Counted from the first letter of the whole stretch, positions 12,006 through 22,003 are shown. The stretch: 43,908 nt of DNA, filler included, from Jimgerdemannia flammicorona (GCA_003990765.1; 2 parts of 2 records of this genome joined end to end with filler, not necessarily neighbours in it); one strand, 5' to 3'. The notes: generated by a model from the sequence alone, not told the origin. Translations and numbers: made by a program.

Positions 12006-12127
12006 ACCTTATCTAGTAGTCTGGCTATTTATACAGCTTTCTGCAGCAATGGTTACTGGTTACTATGCTATGTGTTCACATTATCTGGCTAAGTTATAAT
12101 TTGGGTGGTATATTCTGGTTTGTCACA

Positions 12128-12769
12128 CTACATACTGACTTAGCAGTCAGTTGATCTCTTGATATATCAGTTCACACTTATACTATCTAACTGTATTCTG
12201 ACTCATCAAAGTACTGAATACTATATCCATACTTAATATTGTCCATATAACCTTCTATTAGTATAAATAACTACACTTCCAGTCCTCAGAAACTCAGATA
12301 AGAATACAGATAAAATATAGACAAACAAGTTAAGAACACTTCTCTGTACAAATATCCCTTTATGCACTACTCCTAGTATTAGTCAATAGTAATATCATAA
12401 ATAGTAAATAAACTTACATAATAACTTACAAACTACTCTTAAGTAAATCTATATTATATTGGGTCTCACTCCTAACTAGATCCTGAAATTTTCTAATTAG
12501 ATATTATCTGTAGCAATATGCTAATTCAGCTAAGCTGGTCTTAGTTTCTTCAACTTTTTGAAATATAGAAAATCCTGAACATCCAGAATAAGTCTGAAAA
12601 GGGATTTTAGTTGAGATGTCAACCTACTCTTGAAATCAATAAGTATAGAAGATATACTCTATATGAAATTGATCTTTACCTTAAGAAAATATTTATTTAG
12701 AATATCTAGAAATTCCTAAAAACCCTTCCAGAACTATGTAATAGTATTTTAACAAAGTACTCTCTTACA
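12128..12769 (+). repeat. LTR of the gypsy-2 family in opposite orientation, truncated at left by gypsy-1
   Basis: 12347-12769 is the reverse-complement homolog of 16006-16429. Ends CTCTTACA. TATAAATA near 12262. Confidence 0.8.
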
Positions 12770-13049
12770 GACTTGAAGGTTGGCTTAGCATCTAGTATAA
12801 TCTTGATTACATGGTTAACTGCTTATTTGAGTAGTAGTCCTTTTAGAAGTTTTCTGGGAAATATATCTCAAAATTTCTAGAGCAGAGATCTGACATAACT
12901 GTTAACTTTGGAAAAGTCTTTCTTAAGATTCTCAGGTTTCTTTTAAATAGACATATAGTGATAGTAAAGAGAAGATATGTCTTTAAGTTAGATTTTATTA
13001 ATATAAGTGATCTTTGAGCCAGAGTTACTAGAGTTGAGTTGATCTCTTT

Positions 13050-13375
13050 TACTTTGTAGTTTGAAATTATAGTATCCTTTTTTGATAGTTAAATAGTATT
13101 TTAAGAATGATCTCATTTTCTGTGAGTAGTACAATTTTGAGAGTAATATATACTTAGTAGTCATTAATTCTGAATAGTAAATTGTAGATTTCTTACTAAT
13201 GATATGTGAGATTTTATCAGTAGTAACAACCACTTAGATTTGTTATACTAGAGATATCAGAACTTTAAGTCTATTGGATATTTCTTTATTAATAAAATTA
13301 CCAGAGATACTTCTGTCTATTATGATCTTAATAGGGGCTCAATTAATAAAAGCCTGCAGGATAAGCAGTATGTCT
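13050..13375 (-). pseudogene. Aspartic protease remnant of gypsy-2
   Basis: AFIN*APIKIIIDRSISGNFIN (IDGGASGNFI after reverting transitions) and a downstream EIIL(G) motif. Confidence 0.65.
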
Positions 13376-13584
13376 GTTCCAATAGTGGTAATTTCACTTA
13401 TAGGAGACTTTCTTCTGTTAGCTCTTTAGTTTACTAATTTATTGATATATGAGAAGTAATCATCAATTATTTGTAAAGAGTATATTTCAATACTATAAGA
13501 TTATTAGCCACTAGGTATAAATCTATTTTCAATTTATCTGTAGAATTATTTCTTCTTATTTGCTAAATAATGAGCTGGGACTTT

Positions 13585-13990
13585 GATTGATGAGCAAAAT
13601 TCTTTAGATCCTTAAATAGTAGATAATAGTTCAGAAACTTCTTTGACTATCAGATTTGACTCAATTTTCACAAATATGATCTTGGCATTATAGTAATCAA
13701 TAGAAATCTTAAATAGTGTCCAACTATGGTTTCTGATGAGGATAATGATTTTACCTATATAATTCTTATTAATAACTCCTCCTTCTATAGAGAGTCCTTT
13801 CAATGCTAGGCTACTATAATAGTATATCTTTCTAACATATCTTTCAGAAATTTGAATGTTAATTTCTGTATAGACTTAACTTCACAATTAGAGACTATAG
13901 CTTCTTCAATCGAGTATATATTATATCTAGCTACTTTTGGCTTTCTTTAATAAAAGTTATAGCTATTATTCTTAACTTGACAAAGTCTTG
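13585..13990 (-). pseudogene. dUTPase remnant of gypsy-2
   Basis: ARYNIYS (AGYDIYS), YSSLALKGLSIEGGVINKNYIGKI (RSSLA...GGVIDxDYxG), ST(I)*GSKEFCS (RGSKGFGS). Confidence 0.8.
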
Positions 13991-16005
13991 TATTTTGGTA
14001 GTCAGATTATTGAGATAGTATAGAGGAGTGACAGTTGCTTGTATTGTAGTTTGAGATTTTCAGTTGAGTAGACACTAATTATACATCCTGTCTTTTGATA
14101 ATAGAGGTATGCTCTACTTCTTTTAAGTTCATTTCTTTCTCCTTCTGTGAGTTTCTTAAAAGTATGCAGCTAGTAGGTTCAGTATTTTAGAGTGTTTAGA
14201 ATTGTGGATTAGATATAGATATAAAGAGAACTTTGGATGATTTATGCTTAGGTTCTTCTTTCTTAGTCAATAATTTTTCTTTATTAGGTCCATAGAATTG
14301 TTTTTGAGACAGAATAGATCTAGTGGTTAGAATTCACTTAACCATGATCTTGATTCTAGCCAGGCACTATTATTGGTAGTTTTAACTAACTGGGTATTTT
14401 TGTTCTTGGATCTTTTTAGTAAACTATTCTGATAGTATATCAAATAAGTAGTCTATTGTTATACTATTTCATACTTCATTATTAACAATATATCTTAGGC
14501 CAATAATGTTCAAGAGTGACTTCAGTTTTGTATAGAAGATTTTAAATTCCTTCTTTCTATATATATTAAATTTGAGATTGTGGAGTTTGACTTAGAATTT
14601 AGCTATCATAGTTTTACTATAATATTGGGCAATTATGAGTTATTTGAACCCAGGGGCTATAGAGTGGTCTCTATATTCAGAAGTATCATTTGCTGCATTT
14701 TGAGTAATAACTACAAGTTAAGTATCCTATATCGGGAGTTTTTCAGAGAGAGTTTACTACCATTCTTCAGTATATTCTTAAAAGAATATAACAACTCTGC
14801 AAATATAAACCATAGTGGTAGAAAAGTATTGTTCAATAGTATAGTCTTAGTTATTGATCAGAAGGTGGTCAGCAACTTACCCATTGGTCCATTGATTGGC
14901 TTTGAAATTAGTATCTACTATACTAATAAAGCTTTGAACTTCTTATATAGTATTATTGAAGATAGGTAAACTCAGGCTTTTAGTTGATCTGATCTGTTCA
15001 ACTAAGATAGTAATAGTTGCTACCATTATAGCTATTAGGGCTATGATATTCTGAATTTGTTAATTTGCTATATTATTTACTAGAGATAGTTGAACTACTA
15101 GTAGTGGAGTTATATGTATATTTTGAGATATTAGTATAGAGTAGAATAGTGTTTTTTGAGTTTGTGTGAGTTTCTGGAGTAACTATTGTAAATCTGATAT
15201 AAGGGTCTGATAGATAACTGTCTGTTGTTCTATCAATATATTTTTTCTTAAGGTAGGCATATCTCTATCTAGAATAAAATTCGGTAAGATACTCCTTCTC
15301 TTCTTCACTTTGGTCTTATTGTAGCTGAGTTTGTTCAGTATCAAAGTAGACAATATTAGTTGTATACTAGAGTTCAGATAGGCTTAATTCAAAAGCTTCT
15401 TCAAGATCAGATTCTATTTCTGATTCAATTTTAGGCTTAGGTAGAGTTCTAGCTAAGCCTACTTCTGACTTAGAGACTAATTGTTAATAAAGAGTTTCTC
15501 TGATTTCTTCTTTAAGAATATAGTGGGTCTTGTAATTTTAAAAATAGTAGTATAGGGCAGTCTTGGTTCTGTTTTGGTGATAGATAATAAAGCTAAGCCA
15601 CTTGGCTACTGTGGCTTGAGCTTATAACATATTAAGGCTAGAAAGATAGCTACTGATTATTCTAGATCACTCAAGTTCTCAGAGGTTACAAAACTCTTGT
15701 TGAGAAAAGTGAAGACTTCTATGAGACTGTCTTTATCTTGATTTGTAGGTATAGAGTAAGAAGTTTGGTAAATAGAGTTTCACCTATCTGCTAATTCAAT
15801 TAGAGAACTTCTTTATTTATATAAAGCTTATTCTACTTATTATAGATGTGGTGGTTCAATTTGCTTCAAATTGTCTGATAGTTTGAGATAAATTCCAGTT
15901 CAGTGGTTGGACTTATACCAACTTATAGGAATTTCTAAGAAGATTTATAGCTAAGTAAAGAAGTATCATGAAGTGGAATTGGATTATAAATTGCTGCTAT
16001 CAAGT

Positions 16006-16429
16006 TGTAAGAGAGTACTTTATTAGGGTATCATTATATAGTTCTGAAAGAGGTTTCTAGAAGTTCTGGAAATTCTGGAAGACTGTTTCCTTTGGGTTAA
16101 GATCTTTTTTATATAAAGTATGTCCTCTGTACTTATTAATTTCAAGATTGGATTAATATCTCAATTAAAGACCTTTTATTAGACTAGTTCTAAATATTCA
16201 GAATTTTTATTATTTTAGAAAGTTAAGAAAACTAAGACCAGCTTAGTTGAATTGATATATTGCTGCAGATAATACCCAATTAGGAAATTTCTGTATCTCA
16301 TTAAGAGTGTAACCTTATATAGTATAAGTTTACTTAAGAATAGTTTGTAGGTTATTAAATAAGTTTATTTACTATATATGATATTACTATTAGCTAATAC
16401 TAGAAGTAGTATATAAAGAGATATTTGTA
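16006..16429 (-). repeat. 3' part of gypsy-2 5' LTR (cut by LINE-B)
   Basis: Ends CTCTTACA, followed after 3 nt by TGATAGCAGC, possibly a decayed TGGTAGCAG.. initiator-Met-like PBS. Confidence 0.75.
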
Positions 16430-16597
16430 GGTCTTTTGCTCGAACCATTCAGAGCAAGCTAAGCCACACAGACATCTTTTCGCGACAAGCAACACGTTTT
16501 CAAGTTTTCCCATCGTCTATTCTGGTATACAAGGTGCGGCAGGAGTCTAGCTACTACATACAATAAGTCTCATCTATTTTGGTGGAGTTTTCGTTGG

Positions 16598-18442
16598 ATG
16601 GCGACCCAGGGTTCATCAAGCTCTGAGTGTTTGGAGAGAAGGAGGCCTGGTCTGGGTCTCCCCAAGAGTTTCGCGGCAACAGTTGGGGCAGGTGCAGGGG
16701 TAGGAGGAGTAGGTGGTCAGGGGAGGCAGGCTGGTGTTGAGAGTTGGCACACAGTGATGGGGGGCAGGAGGGTGGCCACTAGGCCCATGGGGGCAGGGCA
16801 GGGGGGGCGTAGTGTTGACAGGGGTAGGAGTCAGGTGACCAGCCAGGTGATGGGTCAGGTGACAGGTCAGGTGCCTGCTCGGGGCCAGGGGTCCGGAAGT
16901 GGTGTGGCTGGGACTGGTATTCCTGGGGCTGGGCTGGTGGCTGGGGTGACTGCTGGAGTGTCGGAGAACAAGAAGAAGGCGACAATGGCAGCTGGTTCTG
17001 GTGAACTGGTGGTGCATCCCTTCTTCCACAAGTCGGTGTCAACGTGGGCCATATCGGCGAATTTTTTGGGGCTGGGGATGTCTGCTAAAGAGGTGTTGCG
17101 GCTAGTGGGAGAGGAGATTGCAGGGGCAGAGTTGCTGAAGTTCATCCCATTAGCTGAGGTAGTTGAGATAGGATTCGTCGAGGAGGAGGAGATGGTGAAG
17201 GCCTTGGAGAAAGGGCTGGTTGAAAAGAGCATCAAGGTCGGTATGGTGAGGTGCCTGAGGTGGGACCCGCGGGCGGTGTGTCTGGTGATTGAAGGGCTGC
17301 CAACATTGGGGAGACAGGAGACCAAAGGAATGGTGGTGGAGGCACTGGGGGCATTTGGCAAGATGGTCGACTTTGGGTTCATGTTCTGGGAGGGGACCAA
17401 GTTGAGGAATGGCAACTGCGAGGTGATGGTGAGGCTGGAAGGCAAGGAGGCCATGGGGCAAGGGAGGGACTGGCCAGAAGTAGTTCGTATCGGAGGGCAG
17501 GAGTGCAAAGTGTGGAGGAGGAAGGGTTCTGAACAAGAGGAGGAGGAATTGCTAGTCGCTCTGGAGGAGAGGGAGGCCGCCAAGGAATTGCGGAAGAGGA
17601 AATGGGAGGAGTTTGCCAAGGACTGGATCTGGATTCCGACTGATGGGAAGAGGAAGAGGTGGTATAGGGCAAACTGGGAGCGCCTGCAGACAGTCCTCCA
17701 GGGCTCAAAAAAGGAGGAGGAGGAGAAAGCAGAGATGGCCAAAAGTCAGATGGAAGAGGTGGAGACGGCTGAGGTGTCCTTTTCGCAACTAGGAGGTGTG
17801 GAGAATTCCACTTATGCACCAGTAACAGGGAAGTGGGCGGATAAGGAGGAGGCGAACACTGGGTGCTTTGAGGAGGTGGTCGAGGTGGTACCGGAGACCC
17901 AGTTGGAGGATGTTTGCATGGCGGGAGCGGCCAATGTGCATTGGGAATGCCCAGAGGCAGGCGAAGTGGTTCAGCTGGAGAAGGGCACTGAGGAGGATGA
18001 TCTGGTAGATGTGGCTTCCGATGTGTCAGTGGATAGAGAGATGCTGCAGGAGCTGAGTAGGACTCCAAGACCTGCCACCCCTGGGCCCATGGTGATGATG
18101 GCAGATGACTGGTATCAGGCAGTGCTTGAGGAACTTGTGGAGGAGGATATCAAGGAAGTAGATATATTTAATGGATCACAGGAGGCCTGGGAAGGGTTTC
18201 TCAACGTGGCTTTGCAGGGGCCAAAGTTGGTGACAGCGATGGTGGCGGCGCTTCTGGATGATGAAGGTTATGAGGTTGATGAGGACCGTATGGCAGAAAT
18301 CAGGAAGGTGGCGTCAGAGCGAGTGGCGGTCTTTTGCAGTGGTGTCAATGGAGCTCGTATCTGGAGGACTATCTGCAAGGAACGGAAGGCTATTATTTGC
18401 AGTAGGGCTGAGAAGGTGGCGGCGAATCCGGTGGAAATTTAA
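16598..18442 (+). CDS. LINE ORF1 protein (614 aa), nucleic-acid-binding/chaperone by position
   Basis: Uninterrupted ORF directly upstream of ORF2. Has an SFAATV motif, a Gly-rich N-terminus, an RRM-like core (LVIEGLP...EALGAFGKMVD...RNGNCEVMVRL) and an acidic C-terminal half. Confidence 0.9.
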   Translation: MATQGSSSSECLERRRPGLGLPKSFAATVGAGAGVGGVGGQGRQAGVESWHTVMGGRRVATRPMGAGQGGRSVDRGRSQVTSQVMGQVTGQVPARGQGSGSGVAGTGIPGAGLVAGVTAGVSENKKKATMAAGSGELVVHPFFHKSVSTWAISANFLGLGMSAKEVLRLVGEEIAGAELLKFIPLAEVVEIGFVEEEEMVKALEKGLVEKSIKVGMVRCLRWDPRAVCLVIEGLPTLGRQETKGMVVEALGAFGKMVDFGFMFWEGTKLRNGNCEVMVRLEGKEAMGQGRDWPEVVRIGGQECKVWRRKGSEQEEEELLVALEEREAAKELRKRKWEEFAKDWIWIPTDGKRKRWYRANWERLQTVLQGSKKEEEEKAEMAKSQMEEVETAEVSFSQLGGVENSTYAPVTGKWADKEEANTGCFEEVVEVVPETQLEDVCMAGAANVHWECPEAGEVVQLEKGTEEDDLVDVASDVSVDREMLQELSRTPRPATPGPMVMMADDWYQAVLEELVEEDIKEVDIFNGSQEAWEGFLNVALQGPKLVTAMVAALLDDEGYEVDEDRMAEIRKVASERVAVFCSGVNGARIWRTICKERKAIICSRAEKVAANPVEI

Positions 18443-18454
18443 ACATTTATATTT

Positions 18455-21400
18455 ATGATGATGAACAGTCTACGTATATTATCGCTAAATGTCAATGGTT
18501 TGCGTGATGGAGTGAAGCGAAGGCGGTTGTTTCGGTGGCTGAAGAACAGGAAGTATGACTTGATGTTTTTGCAGGATGTTAGGGCCTATGGGGAGCAAGA
18601 TTATGAGGAGTGGAGTAAGGAATGGTATGGTAGTACAGGGTGGAATGAGCAGGTGGGCATCCTGGTTGACTTGGGGAGAGGAGAGTTGAAGGAGGTCGAG
18701 GTGTATGGTGATCGATTGGTCTGGGGGAGACTGAAAGGAGGAGCAGGCGATGGGCTTGTAGTTGGCTTGGTGTATCTACCAGCAGTTGGCACAGAGCGAA
18801 ACCAATGGGTGGAAAGTTGGCTGGATTGGGAAGGTCGAGAGGAGATTGGGCTGGACATTTTGGGAGGGGACTTCAACATAGTTCGTGACAGAACACTAGA
18901 TAGGTCTGATGGTGGAGTTGGCGTGGCAGTTTCTACAGGGCTCTCAAGATGGCTTCAAGTGGAGAAGGAAATAGGATTGGTTGATGGAGTGTGACAACGA
19001 CGAGGTGAGAAGTCAGGGCCGTTTACTAGATGGCATCCGGTTGGTGAGGATTTGGTTGGCATGAGGATTGACTGGATTCTGGTGGCAGAACACTGGGGTA
19101 ATGTTTTGGATTCAATAGAGGTACGGTGGTGTCCCTGGTCGGATCACTGGGGTGTAGAGGTGTGTGGGAGATTCCAGGTGGCCAGTGGTGGTGGAGGCAG
19201 ATGGCGACTTAATGTGGCACTACTCAAGAGACCAGTGGAGCGGGACCAGTTTGTTAAAATCGCAAGACAGAAGTGGCATGGTGGAAGAACAGTGGCCAGT
19301 CGATAGCACAGTGGTGGGGGAAATTTAAACATCTGGTAGGTGCATATTGGCGTGATGTCGGCGAAGTAGCGGGAAGGGAGCAGAAGGATAGAGAGAGGAG
19401 AGTAGAGCAGGGGCTACGCTGGCGGCTGCGACTGCTAGAGGGTGAGAACTCCTCAGGGGAATGGCGCTCTCTGTTGATCAAGGAGGTGGCGGAGTTGCAG
19501 TCAGATTTGAAGGCTGCAGAAGATAGAGTGGTGGATGGGTTGCTAGCAAGATTGCAAGTGAAGCGGTTGGAAGAAGGAGAGCAACCCACCAAATACTTGT
19601 CTGGAATCCTGAAGGCCAGGAGGGTGCGGCACAGCTGGGCTTCGGTGTTGCGAGAGGATGGAACTGAGGTGACTGATATCGCAGATATGCTTGGAGAAGT
19701 TTCTAGTCGATGGTGCACCCTATGGCAGGATGATGGAGGGCTGGTGGAGGGAGAGGCAGCACTGGAGGACAATAACAATTTGGTTGGTAGGTGGCCAGTG
19801 GTGGCAGAGCCAGCAATTGGTGAGGCAGTAATGAGTAGGGTGTCCCTTGATGAAGTATTGGAGGTTGTGAGGAAAGTACAGGCTGGATCATCACCAGGGG
19901 AGGATGGACTGCCTTGGGAGTTCTGGAAGGAGTTTCAAACTGAGCTTGGGGCATGGCTCGTGGAAATGGCAAACCTTACGCTGGAGGAAGGCTGCTGGAT
20001 CGGCAATGGCTCCTTAGGGCTGGTCTCTCTGCTCTATAAGGAGAAAGGGGACAGATATGTGTGGTGGAACTGGAGACCCATCATGTTACTAAATGTGGAT
20101 AGGAAGTTGGTCTCTAAGATTCTGGCAGGGAGAATGCAACAATGGATTGGTCGATTGGTGGGTGATGAACAGCGAGGGTTTGTGAAGGGGAGACAGATTA
20201 GAGATAGCACGGCTTGGGTGCAAAATGTTTTGGAAGGTTGTCGAAGCCAGCAGGTGGATGGTAGGATGGTGTTCTTGGACCAGGAAAAGGCTTACGATAG
20301 GGTGCGGTGGAACTACTTGGAGGCAGTCCTACAGAAGGCCGGGTTTGGTATGGGGGAGGCTCGAAAGCTGATGGGTCTGGTGCGAGGTTGCCAGGCTGCA
20401 GTGTTGATGAATGGGTGGAGTGGCCCAGAGTTTCGATTAGGGCGAGGTGTGCCACAGGGAGATCCTCTCTCACCCCTGCTTTACATTTTATCTTTGGAGC
20501 CCTTGTTGGTGTGGTTGAAGGGAAGGCTCATCGGATTGAAGATGGGGGAGGTGGTCTGGAAGTTGGGGGCCTTTGCGGACGATATGGTTGTAGGGTTAGG
20601 CAGTATGGAAGATGTGGTGAGCTTGCAAGAAGGGGTAGGACAGTATGAGAGGCTGGCTGGAGTGAAGCTGAACTGGGGCAAGTGCGAGACTATGGAACTT
20701 AGAGCTGGATTGGGGGAGCATGGACATTTTGGACAATTGGTTGGTCCGGGGGAAGCAGTTCAATATCTGGGTGTCTGGTTCTCAGTGTATGGGACGGTGC
20801 TGCCGAAAGAGTGGTGGTGTGGATTGATACAGAAGTGGGCGAATACCTTGGTGGGCTGGTCTGGGAGGGGCCTCTCCTTAGTGGGGAGGATTGTAGTTTT
20901 GAATGTATATTGGCTTCCAAAGCTATGGTACTTGGGATATCACCTGGACTTTCCAGGGTGGGTGGTACAGAAACTGAAGAAGGTGGTCGAAGGATGGCTG
21001 TGGCAGGGAAGGAGATCACAGATCAGCTGGGAAATTATGGTGACGCTGAAGGCAGATGGAGGTCTGGGGCTGGTGGACTTCAGAAGGAGGCTGAAGGCAA
21101 TTTGAGGCTGGTGGGGTTATCAAATGGTAGAATTAAGAGGGGAGGGTTGGAGCAAACTGGCCATGGATAACTGGGAGGTTAGGTTTTGCCCCCGGAGTGA
21201 GATTCGGAAGGACTTGCGAGGTTTGCTCCAGGTTGGAAGGGTTGGCAGGTTGCGTTATAGGGGATTTTGGTGGGGTATTGTAGAAGCTTGGCTGGCAATG
21301 GGTCTCATGGGCCCAGAACCTGGTGAGGAAGAGGAGGACCCAGAACGGCGATGGTGGCAACTTGGTGTGATTCATATTGGCGGCTGCCCATTGGTGGAAT

Positions 21401-21904
21401 ACTCTTTGTTGGGGGCGATGGAGTGGATTCAGACAGGTCCGCTTGAGAGGTGGCCAGTTGGTTGGCAGAAGGCTGGGTTTGGAGAAGAATGGGAGTGGGG
21501 TCGGATTTGGGGTTGGGGGACCTCCCTACTCAAGATTGCCCCACCCAAGTTCTGGGTGGTATGGTGGCGATTTCTGCAGAGGAACGTCATGCTGGGGTAC
21601 AGGACGGGGTGGATGGTGAAAGAAGGTGTACGGGAATGTGAGTGGTGTTGTGAGCTGGATGGGGGAGTAGTGCAGACTCCAGAGCACGTTCTGGCAGCCT
21701 GTCTAGGGGTTGAAGGATTTTGGCGGACATTGGAAAGTTATTGGGGGGAAGAGAGTGAGCGGGCAGGGGCCCCACTTGTCGGGTGATCAGGAGTCGACTG
21801 GTGGGAGAAATTGGGGACATCTGGGGAGGCCTGGGTCGGATTATTGGTATTTGGGTACTGATGGTGGTACACTGGCGATGGGTGTTCGAGAAGGATCCCT
21901 GGAT
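18455..21904 (+). pseudogene. LINE-B ORF2 (APE EN - RT - zinc finger)
   Basis: SLNVNGLR, LQDV, VYLP, GDFN, RIDWIL, SDH. Then SPGEDG, NWRPI, DQEKAYD, QGDPLSP, FADD, YLG, and CEWC...PEHVLAAC. TGA at 18992 and 21103, a frameshift near 19270, further lesions after about 21780. Confidence 0.93.
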
Positions 21905-22003
21905 NNNNNNNNNNNNNNNNNNNNNNNNNNNNNNNNNNNNNNNNNNNNTTAATTAATTAANNNNNNNNNNNNNNNNNNNNNNNNNNNNNNNNNNNNNNNN
22001 NNN
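21905..22003. other. Assembly gap with artificial all-frame-stop linker
   Basis: N44-TTAATTAATTAA-N43. Confidence 0.95.

Larger units (their letters stand above)
330..12127 (-). mobile_element. Gypsy-1: degenerate Ty3/gypsy LTR retrotransposon (5' LTR, PBS, gag, PR, Cys-rich insert, dUTPase), interrupted by LINE-A and LINE-0
   Basis: Gag-like MATSLPIF..EEDPREFLDG, a CCHC knuckle, aspartic protease ILIDIGAAICVI...YDMILG and dUTPase motifs, in order on the minus strand. Many in-frame stops. RT lies beyond the LINE-0 insertion, so the gypsy assignment rests on gag/PR features. Confidence 0.8.
4831..12127 (-). repeat. Putative ~1.37 kb 5' LTR of gypsy-1, split by LINE-A
   Basis: Begins TGTGAC (12127) and ends GGCACA (4831), a 5/6 terminal inverted match. 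TATAAAA near 11881-11887. The same internal repeat unit occurs on both sides of LINE-A. No second LTR in the window to confirm. Confidence 0.55.
12770..16429 (-). mobile_element. Gypsy-2: heavily decayed Ty3/gypsy element (LTR, PBS, gag, dUTPase, PR, start of RT region)
   Basis: Decayed knuckle YLYYQKTGCIISVY (14068-14109), then dUTPase, then PR IKIIIDRSISGNFI, then the pre-RT motif DIFPRKLLKGLLLK*AVNHVIKIILDAKP typical of Ty3/gypsy (chromovirus-like) pol. Confidence 0.8.
16430..21904 (+). mobile_element. LINE-B: near-intact L1/Tx1-like LINE (family II), 3' end lost in the gap
   Basis: Abrupt AT-rich to GC-rich boundary at 16430. About 170 nt of 5' UTR, intact ORF1, ORF2 with few lesions, CpG-rich. 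Confidence 0.93.

Noticed and set aside
14580..14969. 129 aa plus-strand ORF and other short ORF-track entries as host genes
   Set aside because: They are antisense or off-frame shadows of decayed TE sequence with no recognisable motifs.
12347..16429. DIRS-type element or DNA transposon with terminal inverted repeats
   Set aside because: The repeats have their CA ends facing inward, and the interior encodes gag/dUTPase/protease. No tyrosine recombinase or transposase is seen.
18992..19306. Programmed readthrough or frameshift in LINE-B ORF2
   Set aside because: LINE-E reads through the homologous region in one ORF (32256-33266), so these are copy-specific lesions.
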